The notes: generated by a model not told the origin, from the sequence alone. 64,000 nt of DNA from an uncultured Candidatus Saccharibacteria bacterium (GCA_964504715.1 CAZDEP010000002.1:21434-85433), one strand, 5' to 3'. Shown: positions 1 to 9,312, numbered from the stretch's first letter. Program-made: numbers and translations.

Positions 1-2759
1 GGTGCAAAAGGGTAAAGCAAAATTAAAAATTTCCGCAACAATACTGCATCCACCGCCTCATCTTTCACTTCATTATAAAATTCCATAAACGCGGAAATGC
101 AAGTGTTGAACCTGAAATTTTCAATGTCTTCGGTGATTTTTTTAACCAGCTTGTTAATTTCCCTCTCCGCCTTTTCGGAAGCCTTTTGGAATTTGTTATT
201 TGAAATTTGGAATTTCCCGACCCATTCCCAAACACGGTCCAAAAACCGCTTTACGCCCACAATGCCCTTGTCATTCCAGGCCACCATGGCTTCATGGGGC
301 CCTAAAAACAATTCATACATCCTTAAAGTATCCGCACCGTAACTTTTCACCACAACCTGAGGGTCCACCACGTTTCCCCGCGACTTTGACATTTTTTCCC
401 CGTCGGGCCCAAGGACAATACCGTGGGGTTTGCGCATTACATAGGGCTCCTTTTGAGCCACCAATCCCTGGTCAAACAAAAATTGGTTCCAAAAACGGCT
501 GTAAAGCAAATGCAAAGTCGTATGCTCCATCCCGCCAAAATACACGTCGACCGGAGTCCAATATTTTTGTTTCTTAATATCCGCGAACTCCTTGCTATTT
601 TTTGGATCCGTATACCGTAGCCAGTACCAGCTCGAGCCTGCCCACTGCGGCATGGTGTTAGTCTCGCGCCAGGCCAACTTTTTGCAGTTTGGGCATTTGG
701 TTTCCACCCATTTTTTTATGGCAGCCAAAGGCGACTCGCCCGTGCCCGTCGGTTCGTACTTTTTTACATTGGGCAACTTTACCGGCAAGTCTTCTTCGGG
801 CACCGGCACAACTCCGCAATCCTGGCAATGGATAAGCGGGATAGGCTCGCCCCAGTACCTTTGCCTGGAAAACACCCAGTCGCGCAAGCGATAATTTACC
901 ACCCGCTGGCCAAATCCTTGCGCCTCTAAATAATCCATAATTTTTTCCGTCGCATCGTGGATGTTAAGGCCGTTTAAAAATTCCGAATTTACCATAGTCC
1001 CTTCCTCTTCCTGGACTTGTTCGATTGATGCGATAGGAGCGGTATCGCTTGCGTCTTTTTGCACGACGCGCTTGATTTCCAATTTAAATTCCTGTGCAAA
1101 TTCAAAATCGCGCTTGTCGTGGCCCGGCACGCCCACTACGGCCCCGGTCCCGACATTGCCTAAGACATAATCGGCCACATACAATGGCATATGGTAATTG
1201 GTCAACTGGTTTATGCAGTAAAGGCCGGTAAATACTCCGGTTTTTTTGCGATTTTCCGCCGTCCTTAGTTCTTCCCCTTCGCTTAAGGCCTTTTGTTTGT
1301 ATGCCTCAATACGGCTCCAGTGCTTTTCGTCGATATTTAGAATATTTCGGTCCAGTAAAGAAGGATGCTCGGGGCCCACCACCACAAAAGTCGCGCCGAA
1401 ATTTGTGTCGGGGCGCGTGGTAAAACAGGTTATGACCGGAGAAACAAATTTTAAAATTTCTGGCTCTTCTTCAGCCCTAAAGTGCGGACTGTTCGCCCTA
1501 ACCTTTAAAAACGCCGCTTTTAAGTTCTGGGCAAATTTTTCGCCGTCGCTCGGCGCGACTACATTGTCGCTTTCATCATAAATGCACACAAAACTTTCCG
1601 CTTGCTTCCGAATTGTTTTAAAATCAAACCCTTTGGCCAAAGCGGCTTTTACGGTCGGGCGCGCCTTACCATCCAAAAATTGGTCGGTAAAAGGCGTGGC
1701 GGCCAAAAAAACTTTTTTTGCCTTCACGCCCCGCTCTAAAAGCCTCAAAGCCACAATGCCGCCAAATGAGTGGCCAAAAATAACGGTCTGCTCGTCAATT
1801 TTGCAATGTTTAAGCACATACTCTGTCTGCTCCGCGTCGTTGGGCTCGGCCGCGTTCGGCAAAACCGGCGCCTGGACTTTAAATCCCCTCTTTGCCAGCT
1901 CGTCTTTTAGCGCCGGGAAAAAATTATCTTCCGGCGAGCCGCCCTTGCCGTGCAAAAGCAAAAAATTCGGCGTGTGTTCGCCTTTGGCCGTAACCGAATA
2001 AGTAATGTTTATGCCGGTCTTTTTTCCAATCCAATTGGATTGCTGCAGCTTGACCGCTTCCGGCCAATCGGGCAAATTTTTTAATCCTTCCAGCAATTTT
2101 TCCGCGTATTTTGTAATTTTCAAATACCACTGCCTTAATTCCTTCTTTTCTACGGGCGTACCGCAGCGTTCGCATTTGCCGTCTATAACCTCTTCGTTGG
2201 CGAGCCCGGTCTTGTCTTTCGGGCACCAGTTTATAAGCCCCGTGGCTTCAAAGGCGAGGCCTTTTTTAAAAAACTGCAAAAACAACCACTGGGTCCACTT
2301 GTAATATTTCGGATCCGTGGTGTTTATTTCCCGGCTCCAATCAAAAGAAAGTCCCCAGGAATGCATTTGCTTTTTGGCATTAGCCACGTTTTTTTTAGTG
2401 GTAATGGACGGATGCACCCCCATTTTAATGGCGTAATTTTCCGCCGGCAGCCCAAACGCATCCCAACCCATGGGGAACAAAACCTCAAAGCCCTTCATAC
2501 GGAAATACCGCGCGTAAATATCGGCCGCCACGTAGGGCCTCAAGTGGCCCATATGCAGGCCAGCGCCCGAAGGATACGGAAATTCCACCAAAATGTATTT
2601 TTTTCCGCCAGAGGCGGATCCGCCTTTGGCGGAGGGCTTTTTAGAAAAATCTTTCTTGTCCGACGAAGCCTTGGCGAAGTCGGAGGCAAAAAATAACTTT
2701 TTTTGTTGCCAATATTTTTGCCATTTGGCTTCTACTTGTTGGGGGTTGTATTTAGGCAT
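1..2759 (-). CDS. leuS: Leucine--tRNA ligase (LeuRS), 3'-truncated by the left window edge, with a YdeN/RBBP9-like alpha/beta-hydrolase domain inserted before the CP1 editing domain
   Basis: Manual reverse-complement translation from ATG at 2759..2757 gives one uninterrupted frame to position 1: MPKYNPQQVEAKWQKYWQQKKLFF...PYPSGAGLHMGHLRPY (HMGH), QQSNWIGKKTG, CFTTRPDTNFGATFVVVGPEHP (editing TRPDT), GEKMSKSRGNVVDP (KMSKS). The ORF is absent from the supplied track only because it runs off the window. The plus-strand ORFs listed in 97..2778 are shadow ORFs. Confidence 0.85.
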   Translation of the reverse strand, partial: MPKYNPQQVEAKWQKYWQQKKLFFASDFAKASSDKKDFSKKPSAKGGSASGGKKYILVEFPYPSGAGLHMGHLRPYVAADIYARYFRMKGFEVLFPMGWDAFGLPAENYAIKMGVHPSITTKKNVANAKKQMHSWGLSFDWSREINTTDPKYYKWTQWLFLQFFKKGLAFEATGLINWCPKDKTGLANEEVIDGKCERCGTPVEKKELRQWYLKITKYAEKLLEGLKNLPDWPEAVKLQQSNWIGKKTGINITYSVTAKGEHTPNFLLLHGKGGSPEDNFFPALKDELAKRGFKVQAPVLPNAAEPNDAEQTEYVLKHCKIDEQTVIFGHSFGGIVALRLLERGVKAKKVFLAATPFTDQFLDGKARPTVKAALAKGFDFKTIRKQAESFVCIYDESDNVVAPSDGEKFAQNLKAAFLKVRANSPHFRAEEEPEILKFVSPVITCFTTRPDTNFGATFVVVGPEHPSLLDRNILNIDEKHWSRIEAYKQKALSEGEELRTAENRKKTGVFTGLYCINQLTNYHMPLYVADYVLGNVGTGAVVGVPGHDKRDFEFAQEFKLEIKRVVQKDASDTAPIASIEQVQEEEGTMVNSEFLNGLNIHDATEKIMDYLEAQGFGQRVVNYRLRDWVFSRQRYWGEPIPLIHCQDCGVVPVPEEDLPVKLPNVKKYEPTGTGESPLAAIKKWVETKCPNCKKLAWRETNTMPQWAGSSWYWLRYTDPKNSKEFADIKKQKYWTPVDVYFGGMEHTTLHLLYSRFWNQFLFDQGLVAQKEPYVMRKPHGIVLGPDGEKMSKSRGNVVDPQVVVKSYGADTLRMYELFLGPHEAMVAWNDKGIVGVKRFLDRVWEWVGKFQISNNKFQKASEKAEREINKLVKKITEDIENFRFNTCISAFMEFYNEVKDEAVDAVLLRKFLILLYPFA

Positions 2760-2797
2760 AAAAAAATTTAATTCTTGATGAAGGTCTTCTTGCAGTC

Positions 2798-3748
2798 CTA
2801 CTTTGATAAGGCAAATAATTTTTTAGCATTCTCTGTGGTAATTTTTTCAACTTCCTCCAGTGATAGATTTTTAATTTTTGCCACTCTTTCCGCCACGTGC
2901 TTTACGTAAAGCGGTTCGTTGCGTTTGCCTCGGTGCGGGACGGGAGTCAAATACGGCGAATCGGTTTCTAGAACAATCCTGTCAATGGGAACAGTTTTAA
3001 CCACTTCTTCCATATTTCCGCTTTTATCGAATGTAATTATACCATTTAAACCCACATACGCGCCGCGCTTTATAAATTCCTGAACGATCCCCGGACTACC
3101 GGTAAAGGAATGGATTTCAAACCGCAACCCCTCCCCTTCCCTCCCCTCATAAGGGGAGGGAGTAAGGGAGAGGTGGGCTTCTTGATCTAAAATTTGAAGT
3201 ATATCCTCGTACGCGTCCTGTGAACCCGCGCTCGGCCGGCAATGAATTACCAAAGCTTTATTTGCCTCTTTCGCCAATCTGATTTGCTGGACAAACGCAT
3301 CTTTTTGCAGCTTTTTAATTTCCTGATGACGGTCTTCTTGCCCCGCAAGAAGACCGTCATCTTGCGGCAGGCGGTAGTAGTCAAGCCCGCATTCGCCAAT
3401 GCCTACTACTTTTGGACTGTCCGCAAGTTTCCGATACGCCTCAAAGTCAAATTTTTCTTCACGTGATAAAAAACTTGTCTCTTCTTCATCCAAATGCTGC
3501 GAATAAGTATGGACCGGATGCAGCCCTATTACCGCATAAACGCCACCCCTTCCTCTCTCCTCCCCCCTAGAGGGGGAGGAAGGGTAGGGGGGATATTTTT
3601 CAGCAAGATCAACGGCCTGGCGTGATGTATCGATCTGTGTACCCACGTTTACAACCCACACGCCCGCTTCCAAAGCCCGGCCAATGGTTTGGTCGACGTC
3701 TTCGGCAAAAGCCTTAAAATTCACATGGGCGTGAGTGTCTATAAGCAT
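2798..3748 (-). CDS. TatD-family metal-dependent hydrolase/DNase
   Basis: MLIDTHAHVNF... N-terminus and TatD-like length; contains two in-frame palindromic repeat insertions (PYPSSPSRGEERGRGG; LTPSPYEGREGEG) and an in-frame terminator-like hairpin (DDGLLAGQEDRH). Confidence 0.8.
   Translation of the reverse strand: MLIDTHAHVNFKAFAEDVDQTIGRALEAGVWVVNVGTQIDTSRQAVDLAEKYPPYPSSPSRGEERGRGGVYAVIGLHPVHTYSQHLDEEETSFLSREEKFDFEAYRKLADSPKVVGIGECGLDYYRLPQDDGLLAGQEDRHQEIKKLQKDAFVQQIRLAKEANKALVIHCRPSAGSQDAYEDILQILDQEAHLSLTPSPYEGREGEGLRFEIHSFTGSPGIVQEFIKRGAYVGLNGIITFDKSGNMEEVVKTVPIDRIVLETDSPYLTPVPHRGKRNEPLYVKHVAERVAKIKNLSLEEVEKITTENAKKLFALSK
3125..3176. repeat. Family-1 GC-rich palindromic element (copy A), in-frame in the tatD-like CDS
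   Basis: ctccccttccctcccctcataaggggagggagtaagggagagg. Confidence 0.8.
3326..3360. repeat. Family-3 terminator-type hairpin repeat located inside the tatD-like CDS (in-frame)
   Basis: atgacggtcttcttg-ccccg-caagaagaccgtcat has the same 15-bp arms as the 24452..24488 terminator; it encodes DDGLLAGQEDRH on the minus strand. Confidence 0.75.
3543..3593. repeat. Family-1-like palindromic element (copy B), in-frame in the tatD-like CDS
   Basis: cccttcctctctcctcccccctagagggggaggaagggtagggggg. Confidence 0.7.
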
Positions 3749-3768
3749 GAAGTAAGAAGTAAGAAAAA

Positions 3769-5256
3769 TTAAACGATCCGTGGAAATAAACGAGGAATAT
3801 TATTTTCTTCAAGATTTTCTAAAGCTTCTAAAATCTTTTTTGAGGTAAGAGGCAAAAACGGCTGCAATGTTAAAGCAATTTTGTACAGTTCTAAAAGCAA
3901 ATGTTCTATATCTTTTTTTGCCCCAGCCTCGTCGGTTTTTATTTTTTTAAACGGCTCGGTTTTTTGGATGTATTCGTCGCACTCGCCAACTTTTCGCCAA
4001 ATCCCATCCATCACGGCTTTCAAATTATACCCATTCAAATCCACGCCGCCTTCATTCTTAATTCTTAATTCATAATTCATAATTCCGGCGTTCGCTGCCA
4101 TTTTTAAAACCCTGGAAGTCAAATTCCCTATCCCGTTGGCCAAGTTGGCGTTGTAGCTTTCTATAAACCTCTCCCAGGTGTAGTCGCCGTCTTCAAAGGT
4201 GGAAATTTCTCGTAAAAGATAATACCTTAAAGCGTCTATTGCCTGCTCTTTGCTGAGGCCTTTTTGCTCCAGTTGGTTTAAAATTTGGTAGGGGTCGGCC
4301 ACATTGCCCAAAGACTTGGACATTTTTTGCCCGCCCGAAGTTATAAAACCGTGGATAATAATTTGGCGAGAGTTGGGCAGGCCGGCCGACATAAGCATCG
4401 CCTGCCACATTGCCGACTGCTGGCGCAAATTATCCTTGCCGGCAATTTGAACGGCATTGAGCTGTTCTTTCGTGCCCCAAAATTCCTCAAATTTTGATTT
4501 TTGATTTTTGATTTTTGATTTATCATCAGGCCAGCCTAGGGTTGAAACATAATTTATAAGCGCGTCGAACCACACATACATAACCTGCTTTTCGTCCCCC
4601 GGCACCGGCACGCCCCAGGGCATTTTTTCCTTCAGGCGCGAAATGGAAAAATCCTGCAGTCCCCTTTTGACGAATTCCTTTATTTCATTGAATCTAAAAT
4701 CCGGCACGACAAAATCGGGATATTTTTTGTACAAATCCAGAAGCGGCTGTTGGTATTTGGAAAAACGGAAAAAATAATTTTCTTCCTCAATGGTTTCTAT
4801 TTTCAAATTGGGATGGATGGGGCACTGCCCGTTTTCGTCCAAATCACTCTCGGTTTTTTCCAACTCGCAGCCCACGCAATATTTAACATGGTAATTTTTT
4901 TTGTATATATCCCCATTGTCCGAGCAGAGTTTCCAAAACTCCTGGCATGCCTGTTTGTGCCCGGCGTCGGTGGTACGGATAAAATGGATGTCCGGCAAAA
5001 CCCCCAGCGCCGGCATTAATTTTTTAAACTTTTCCGCGTATTCATCTACATAGCTTTGCGTGTCTTTGCCTTCCTCGGCGGCTTTCCGGTAAATTTTCAG
5101 GCCGTGTTCGTCGGTGCCTGTATTAAAAAACACTTCCTGGCCCAAGAGTTTATGGAAGCGCGCAATGGCGTCAGCCTGCACGATTTCCAATGCAAAACCC
5201 AAATGCGGGTCCGAATTCACATAGGGCAAAGTGGTGGTAATATAAAATTTGTCCAT
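3769..5256 (-). CDS. metG: Methionine--tRNA ligase (short form)
   Basis: TTLPYVNSDPHLGFALE (HIGH-variant), GTDEHGLKI, KMSKSLGN; 495 aa. Carries an in-frame family-2 repeat (GIMNYELRIKNEG) and a 7-mer tandem repeat. Confidence 0.9.
   Translation of the reverse strand: MDKFYITTTLPYVNSDPHLGFALEIVQADAIARFHKLLGQEVFFNTGTDEHGLKIYRKAAEEGKDTQSYVDEYAEKFKKLMPALGVLPDIHFIRTTDAGHKQACQEFWKLCSDNGDIYKKNYHVKYCVGCELEKTESDLDENGQCPIHPNLKIETIEEENYFFRFSKYQQPLLDLYKKYPDFVVPDFRFNEIKEFVKRGLQDFSISRLKEKMPWGVPVPGDEKQVMYVWFDALINYVSTLGWPDDKSKIKNQKSKFEEFWGTKEQLNAVQIAGKDNLRQQSAMWQAMLMSAGLPNSRQIIIHGFITSGGQKMSKSLGNVADPYQILNQLEQKGLSKEQAIDALRYYLLREISTFEDGDYTWERFIESYNANLANGIGNLTSRVLKMAANAGIMNYELRIKNEGGVDLNGYNLKAVMDGIWRKVGECDEYIQKTEPFKKIKTDEAGAKKDIEHLLLELYKIALTLQPFLPLTSKKILEALENLEENNIPRLFPRIV
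4053..4086. repeat. Family-2 AT-rich repeat (aattatgaattaagaatt core), in-frame in metG
   Basis: cattcttaattcttaattcataattcataattcc; the reverse complement encodes GIMNYELRIKNEG. Confidence 0.7.
4489..4521. repeat. Heptanucleotide tandem repeat (gattttt x ~4.5) inside metG
   Basis: aattttgatttttgatttttgatttttgattt, in-frame as DKSKIKNQKSKF. Confidence 0.7.
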
Positions 5257-5414
5257 GGTGTTTTAAAGGCTCACAAATCCCTTTTCCAACCCTACTGCAA
5301 TGCTTTCCGTAGTAGTTGCCTGATTTATCAGGCTATCGTGATAGGATGTTTAAAGGCTCACACTTACAGTGTGAGCCTTTAAATTATAGCGATTTTTAAG
5401 GGTTTAAACAAATT

Positions 5415-6419
5415 TTACGCAGCAGACGATTTTTGGCCGTAAAATTCGTTAACAACCACCGTAATGGCGCTGGCCAAGGGCACGGCCACCAACAGGCCCA
5501 AAATGCCTGCCAATTTAAAACCGGTCAGCAAAGCCAAAAGGACGACCAAAGGCGAGGTGCCCACGGTTTTTTCCATAACCTTGGGCACCAAAACATAACC
5601 TTCGGTTTTTTGTACAACCAAATACAACGCCGCCACCGCAAAGCCCAATGCCGGCGACTGCAAAAGCCCAAAGAAAATGGCGGGTACGGCAGAAAGGAAC
5701 GGCCCAATGTAAGGCACAATTTCCAAAAGCCCGGCCAGCATGGCTAAAAACAACGCATACTTAACCCCCAAAAGCGAAAGGCCAATGAAGGTAAGGGCAA
5801 AAATTACGAAGCTTAAAATTATTTGGCCCAAAATCCATAAACCCATTTTATGCTGGATTTTTTCTATAAGCCCGGTGGTAAATTCCAAATGGGCTTCCGG
5901 AATAATTACGCCAATAAAATTTTTCATGCCTTTTTCTTCCGCCACCAAATAAAAGGAAATGACCAAAACCGAAACAAAAGAAAATAGGCCGTTAAAAACT
6001 CCAAATGTACTTTTGATTACTCCCTGGCCGGATTCTGAAGCGAATATGCCTTCAAAAATATTACCCAAACGCAAATCATTCAAAAAAGGAAAACCAAACC
6101 GCTCTTCAAACTGCTTTGCATAGCTGGGAAAATTTTGGCTGACAATTTTAAACTGCTCCAGGGCCGGAGGGATGAGCAAATAAATAACCAGCGCGGCAAA
6201 CCCGAATACGAACAAATACACAGCCAAAACGCTTACGGCCCTGGGGATACGCTGCTTTTGGTTTAAATATTCGGCCATAGGCTCCATGGCTGAAGCCAAA
6301 ATTACCGAGATTAAAAAAATTAGCAATATGTCGCGGATCGCCCACAAAAAACCCAAAGCCAAAAGGATAAAAACGGCTTTTAAAATAGTTTTGGTGGATG
6401 TATCGAGCGAGCTTAGCAT
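5415..6419 (-). CDS. AI-2E family transporter (PerM/UPF0118-like permease)
   Basis: Multi-TM protein, about 330 aa, with an AI-2E-like hydrophobic profile; a second paralog lies at 53848..54876. Confidence 0.7.
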   Translation of the reverse strand: MLSSLDTSTKTILKAVFILLALGFLWAIRDILLIFLISVILASAMEPMAEYLNQKQRIPRAVSVLAVYLFVFGFAALVIYLLIPPALEQFKIVSQNFPSYAKQFEERFGFPFLNDLRLGNIFEGIFASESGQGVIKSTFGVFNGLFSFVSVLVISFYLVAEEKGMKNFIGVIIPEAHLEFTTGLIEKIQHKMGLWILGQIILSFVIFALTFIGLSLLGVKYALFLAMLAGLLEIVPYIGPFLSAVPAIFFGLLQSPALGFAVAALYLVVQKTEGYVLVPKVMEKTVGTSPLVVLLALLTGFKLAGILGLLVAVPLASAITVVVNEFYGQKSSAA

Positions 6420-6444
6420 ATTATTTCACAAAAGCCGCCTAAAA

Positions 6445-6684
6445 TTAGGCGGCGTGCTGTACATCATCAGGCAAGGTTTCCCCTCTTTCCTCAAGAATTT
6501 TTTTGGCTTGAACCATCTTTTCATCCAATTCTTTTATACCTTCAAGACAATACGCCTTAATTTGTTCACGCAAGAAATCAGTCAGCCCTTCGTCTTTTAA
6601 ATCACGGATAAGGATATCTTTAATGGTCTGGTCTAAGGGCGACTGTTCAATTAAATTGATAACTTTCTGGATTTTCTCTTCCAT
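6445..6684 (-). CDS. hypothetical small acidic protein (79 aa)
   Basis: ORF only; an unlisted ORF of about 47 aa (MGERGPRPETAG...) lies just upstream at ~6692..6835 on the same strand. Confidence 0.35.
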   Translation of the reverse strand: MEEKIQKVINLIEQSPLDQTIKDILIRDLKDEGLTDFLREQIKAYCLEGIKELDEKMVQAKKILEERGETLPDDVQHAA

Positions 6685-6855
6685 GTTATTTTTCTACGCT
6701 GGTAAATAATTGTCGTAACTTTGCCAAGCCTTCACGCGCAGTTTCAATATATGCGCGCGGATCGGTTAAGTCTGCATATTCGGCACTCAAAACCGGATTA
6801 CCTGCTGTTTCGGGTCTCGGTCCTCTTTCGCCCATAAATTTCCTTTCTTTTTATT

Positions 6856-7773
6856 TCAAACTTTGCCGCGCAAAGTTTTTAAAATTTTAATATCTGCTTT
6901 GACTTTATCATGCTCCGTTTCTAAAATCAAGGCCATAGCGGCGTCAGCCACCACTTTGGACTTCTCTCTCCCTTTGGAAGAGGGATAAGAGGGTGAGGGT
7001 TTAATATTTTTACCAAAATACCCCATAATTGCTTCAAAGCCCTTTTTGCCGATTTTGCCTTCCCCAATATGGTCGTGCCGGTCCTTTCTTTCACCCAAAT
7101 CCGGCTTGGAGTCGTTCATATGGCTCATTTTGAGCCATTTTAAGCCTATCACCTTGTCGAACTTGGAAAAAGTGGACTCCACAGCAGCGCTGTTGCGCAA
7201 ATCGTACCCGGCGGAAAAGGCATGCTGGGTATCAAAGCAAATGCCCCCAAAAGTTTTAAACTTTTCCAAAGGCTCCATGAGGTCAGCCAGTTCCTCAAAA
7301 GTGTCCCCTATTACGGAACCTGCGCCTGCGGCTATTTCCAAAAGGAATTGGGTTTCGCCGCTGCCGTACTTTTTTAAAACCTCTGCCAAGCCTTTTTTAG
7401 TTTGGGCAAAGGCTTCCTTTTCGCCCAAGTCCTTAAAGCTGCCCAAATGCGTCATGACGTATTTGGCGCCCAGGCTGCTGGCCCGTTTAAGCTCTTCCGA
7501 TACAACGCTTATGGAGCCGTGGTAGACATTGGGCTTGGCAGAACCAAAATTTACAAAATAAGGACAATGGACCACAAAATCACTAAGCTGATGGGCCTTC
7601 ATCTCATCTTTAAATCTTTTTATCGTTAAGTCATTCAATTCGGGCGCTTTCCCGCCCATAGGCGGACGGGTAAAAATTTGGAAAGCTTCGCAGCCCAAAG
7701 CCGCGGCGTTTTTTGGCGCATTCCATACTCCCCCGGCGGCTGAAACATGGCAACCGATACTAAAATTGACCAT
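6856..7773 (-). CDS. nfo: Endonuclease IV (AP endonuclease family 2)
   Basis: MVNFSIGCHVSAAGG...HCPYFVNFGS...MTHLGS... core motifs; a C-terminal ~20-aa insert (PSPSYPSSKGREKSK) is encoded by a degenerate CT/GA-rich palindrome. Confidence 0.85.
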   Translation of the reverse strand: MVNFSIGCHVSAAGGVWNAPKNAAALGCEAFQIFTRPPMGGKAPELNDLTIKRFKDEMKAHQLSDFVVHCPYFVNFGSAKPNVYHGSISVVSEELKRASSLGAKYVMTHLGSFKDLGEKEAFAQTKKGLAEVLKKYGSGETQFLLEIAAGAGSVIGDTFEELADLMEPLEKFKTFGGICFDTQHAFSAGYDLRNSAAVESTFSKFDKVIGLKWLKMSHMNDSKPDLGERKDRHDHIGEGKIGKKGFEAIMGYFGKNIKPSPSYPSSKGREKSKVVADAAMALILETEHDKVKADIKILKTLRGKV

Positions 7774-7785
7774 GATTAAATAAAA

Positions 7786-7986
7786 TTAAGAAGTCATTTT
7801 AAAAATAATTTTAAGGCGAAATTGGGGAATTTTAGGCCAGTCGGTCAAAACAAATTTTGAATGTTTAACTGGAAGTTAAGCGGAGAAATTTTTTTGGCCG
7901 AATGGACAAAATTCACGAATTGTCCCCCTACGGGGGATCTGCCGTAGGCACGACAGCCAAAAAGGATTTTTAAAATGACTTCTTAA
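7786..7986. repeat. 201-bp element bounded by perfect 21-bp terminal inverted repeats (MITE-like or structured RNA candidate)
   Basis: ttaagaagtcattttaaaaat (7786..7806) is the exact reverse complement of atttttaaaatgacttcttaa (7966..7986). The interior holds further palindromic segments (ccccctacggggg / ctgccgtaggcac). It lies in the nfo/M16-peptidase intergenic region. Confidence 0.5.
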
Positions 7987-8043
7987 TAAGATTGACGATA
8001 ATTTATAATTCTTGCCACTCTCGATCATTCGCGGCAAGCTCGC

Positions 8044-9312
8044 TTATTCTTTAAATATGGCCTTAAAAGGCTTGTCACTTTTATACGGGCCGATTACAGC
8101 CAAAGTGGCATGCTGTTTTTTAAAAAGGCTTCTGGCCAAAACCTGCACGTCTTGGGCCGTAACCTTGTCTACCCTGTCCATGGCCTCTTTAGGCGTCCGG
8201 ATTTGTTTGTAAAAAGCCGCGCGCTCTAAAAACCAATCCAGGCGCACCTGGTTGTCTTCCAACGCGAGCACGGTTTTACCTTTCAAATATTCCTTGGCTT
8301 TTTTTAGTTCCTTTTCGTCCACCGTTTCATTTTTTATTTTCTCCAATTCTACTGCAATAACCTTTAAAGCTTCCTCAATTTTACCCACCTGCACGCCGGC
8401 CCCAATGTTAAATATGCCGGTGTCCTGGTAACAAGACCCGCTGGCGCGCACATAATATCCCAAGCCCCGCCTTTCCCTGACTTCCATAAAAAGCCGGGAA
8501 GACATGCCGCCGCCCAAAATAGCCGACAAGACAGACTGGGTGGAGAGTCTGGGGTCGTTATAGCTCAAGCCTTTAAAGCCCAAAGACAAATGCGCCTGTT
8601 CGGTTTCCTTAAAATGCAGGTTGATGCGGGAGCTTTTTTGCCCGTCTTTAACCTTCTCGCAAACATGGAATTTTTTCCTCGGGAATTTTGACCAATATTT
8701 TTGCACCAGCGCATCAAAAGTTTTTTGGCTGTATTTGCCGCTAATGCCTAAAATCATGTTGGGCACCTGGTAATGGCGGTTAATGTAATCCAAAAACATT
8801 TGCCGTGTAAACTTGGTAACCGTGTCTTTGGTTCCGGCAATGTCACGCCCCAAAGGCGTGCCCGGCCACATTTTCTGTTCGAGCACGTTGTCTATTTCAT
8901 ACATGGGCGTGTCTTTGTACATGTTTATTTCCTCTACTATTACGCCTTTTTCCCTTTCCAACTCCGTTTCGTCAAAAAGCGGGTTTTGGATCATATCGGT
9001 CAAAATGCCAAAAATCAGCTCCAAATGCTGGTGGGCTGCTTTAATGTAATACTGAGTATGTTCCTTGCCGGTATTCGCATTCATTTCCCCGCCAATCGAG
9101 TCGATTAGGGAAGAAATGGCCAAGGCAGACGGATATTTTTTTGTGCCCTTAAATAAAAAATGTTCCAAAAAATGGCTTATGCCATTTTCTTTCTGTGATT
9201 CTGATCTTGAACCGGTCTTAATAAAAAAATCCACCACCACGCTTTCGGAGTCGGTTGAGGGGACTTCAATTATAGTGAGGCCGTTACCTAAAACTTTTTT
9301 TGTAAATTTCAT
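8044..9312 (-). CDS. M16-family zinc metallopeptidase (insulinase-like)
   Basis: HFLEHFLFKGT inverted zinc motif (HxxEH) near the N-terminus; 422 aa. Confidence 0.8.
   Translation of the reverse strand: MKFTKKVLGNGLTIIEVPSTDSESVVVDFFIKTGSRSESQKENGISHFLEHFLFKGTKKYPSALAISSLIDSIGGEMNANTGKEHTQYYIKAAHQHLELIFGILTDMIQNPLFDETELEREKGVIVEEINMYKDTPMYEIDNVLEQKMWPGTPLGRDIAGTKDTVTKFTRQMFLDYINRHYQVPNMILGISGKYSQKTFDALVQKYWSKFPRKKFHVCEKVKDGQKSSRINLHFKETEQAHLSLGFKGLSYNDPRLSTQSVLSAILGGGMSSRLFMEVRERRGLGYYVRASGSCYQDTGIFNIGAGVQVGKIEEALKVIAVELEKIKNETVDEKELKKAKEYLKGKTVLALEDNQVRLDWFLERAAFYKQIRTPKEAMDRVDKVTAQDVQVLARSLFKKQHATLAVIGPYKSDKPFKAIFKE

Noticed and set aside
97-2778. Eleven plus-strand ORFs (61-139 aa) listed in the track across the first 2.8 kb
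   Set aside because: Manual translation shows a single continuous minus-strand LeuRS gene covering 1..2759. It is missing from the track only because it runs off the window edge. The plus-strand ORFs are shadow ORFs with no recognisable motifs.
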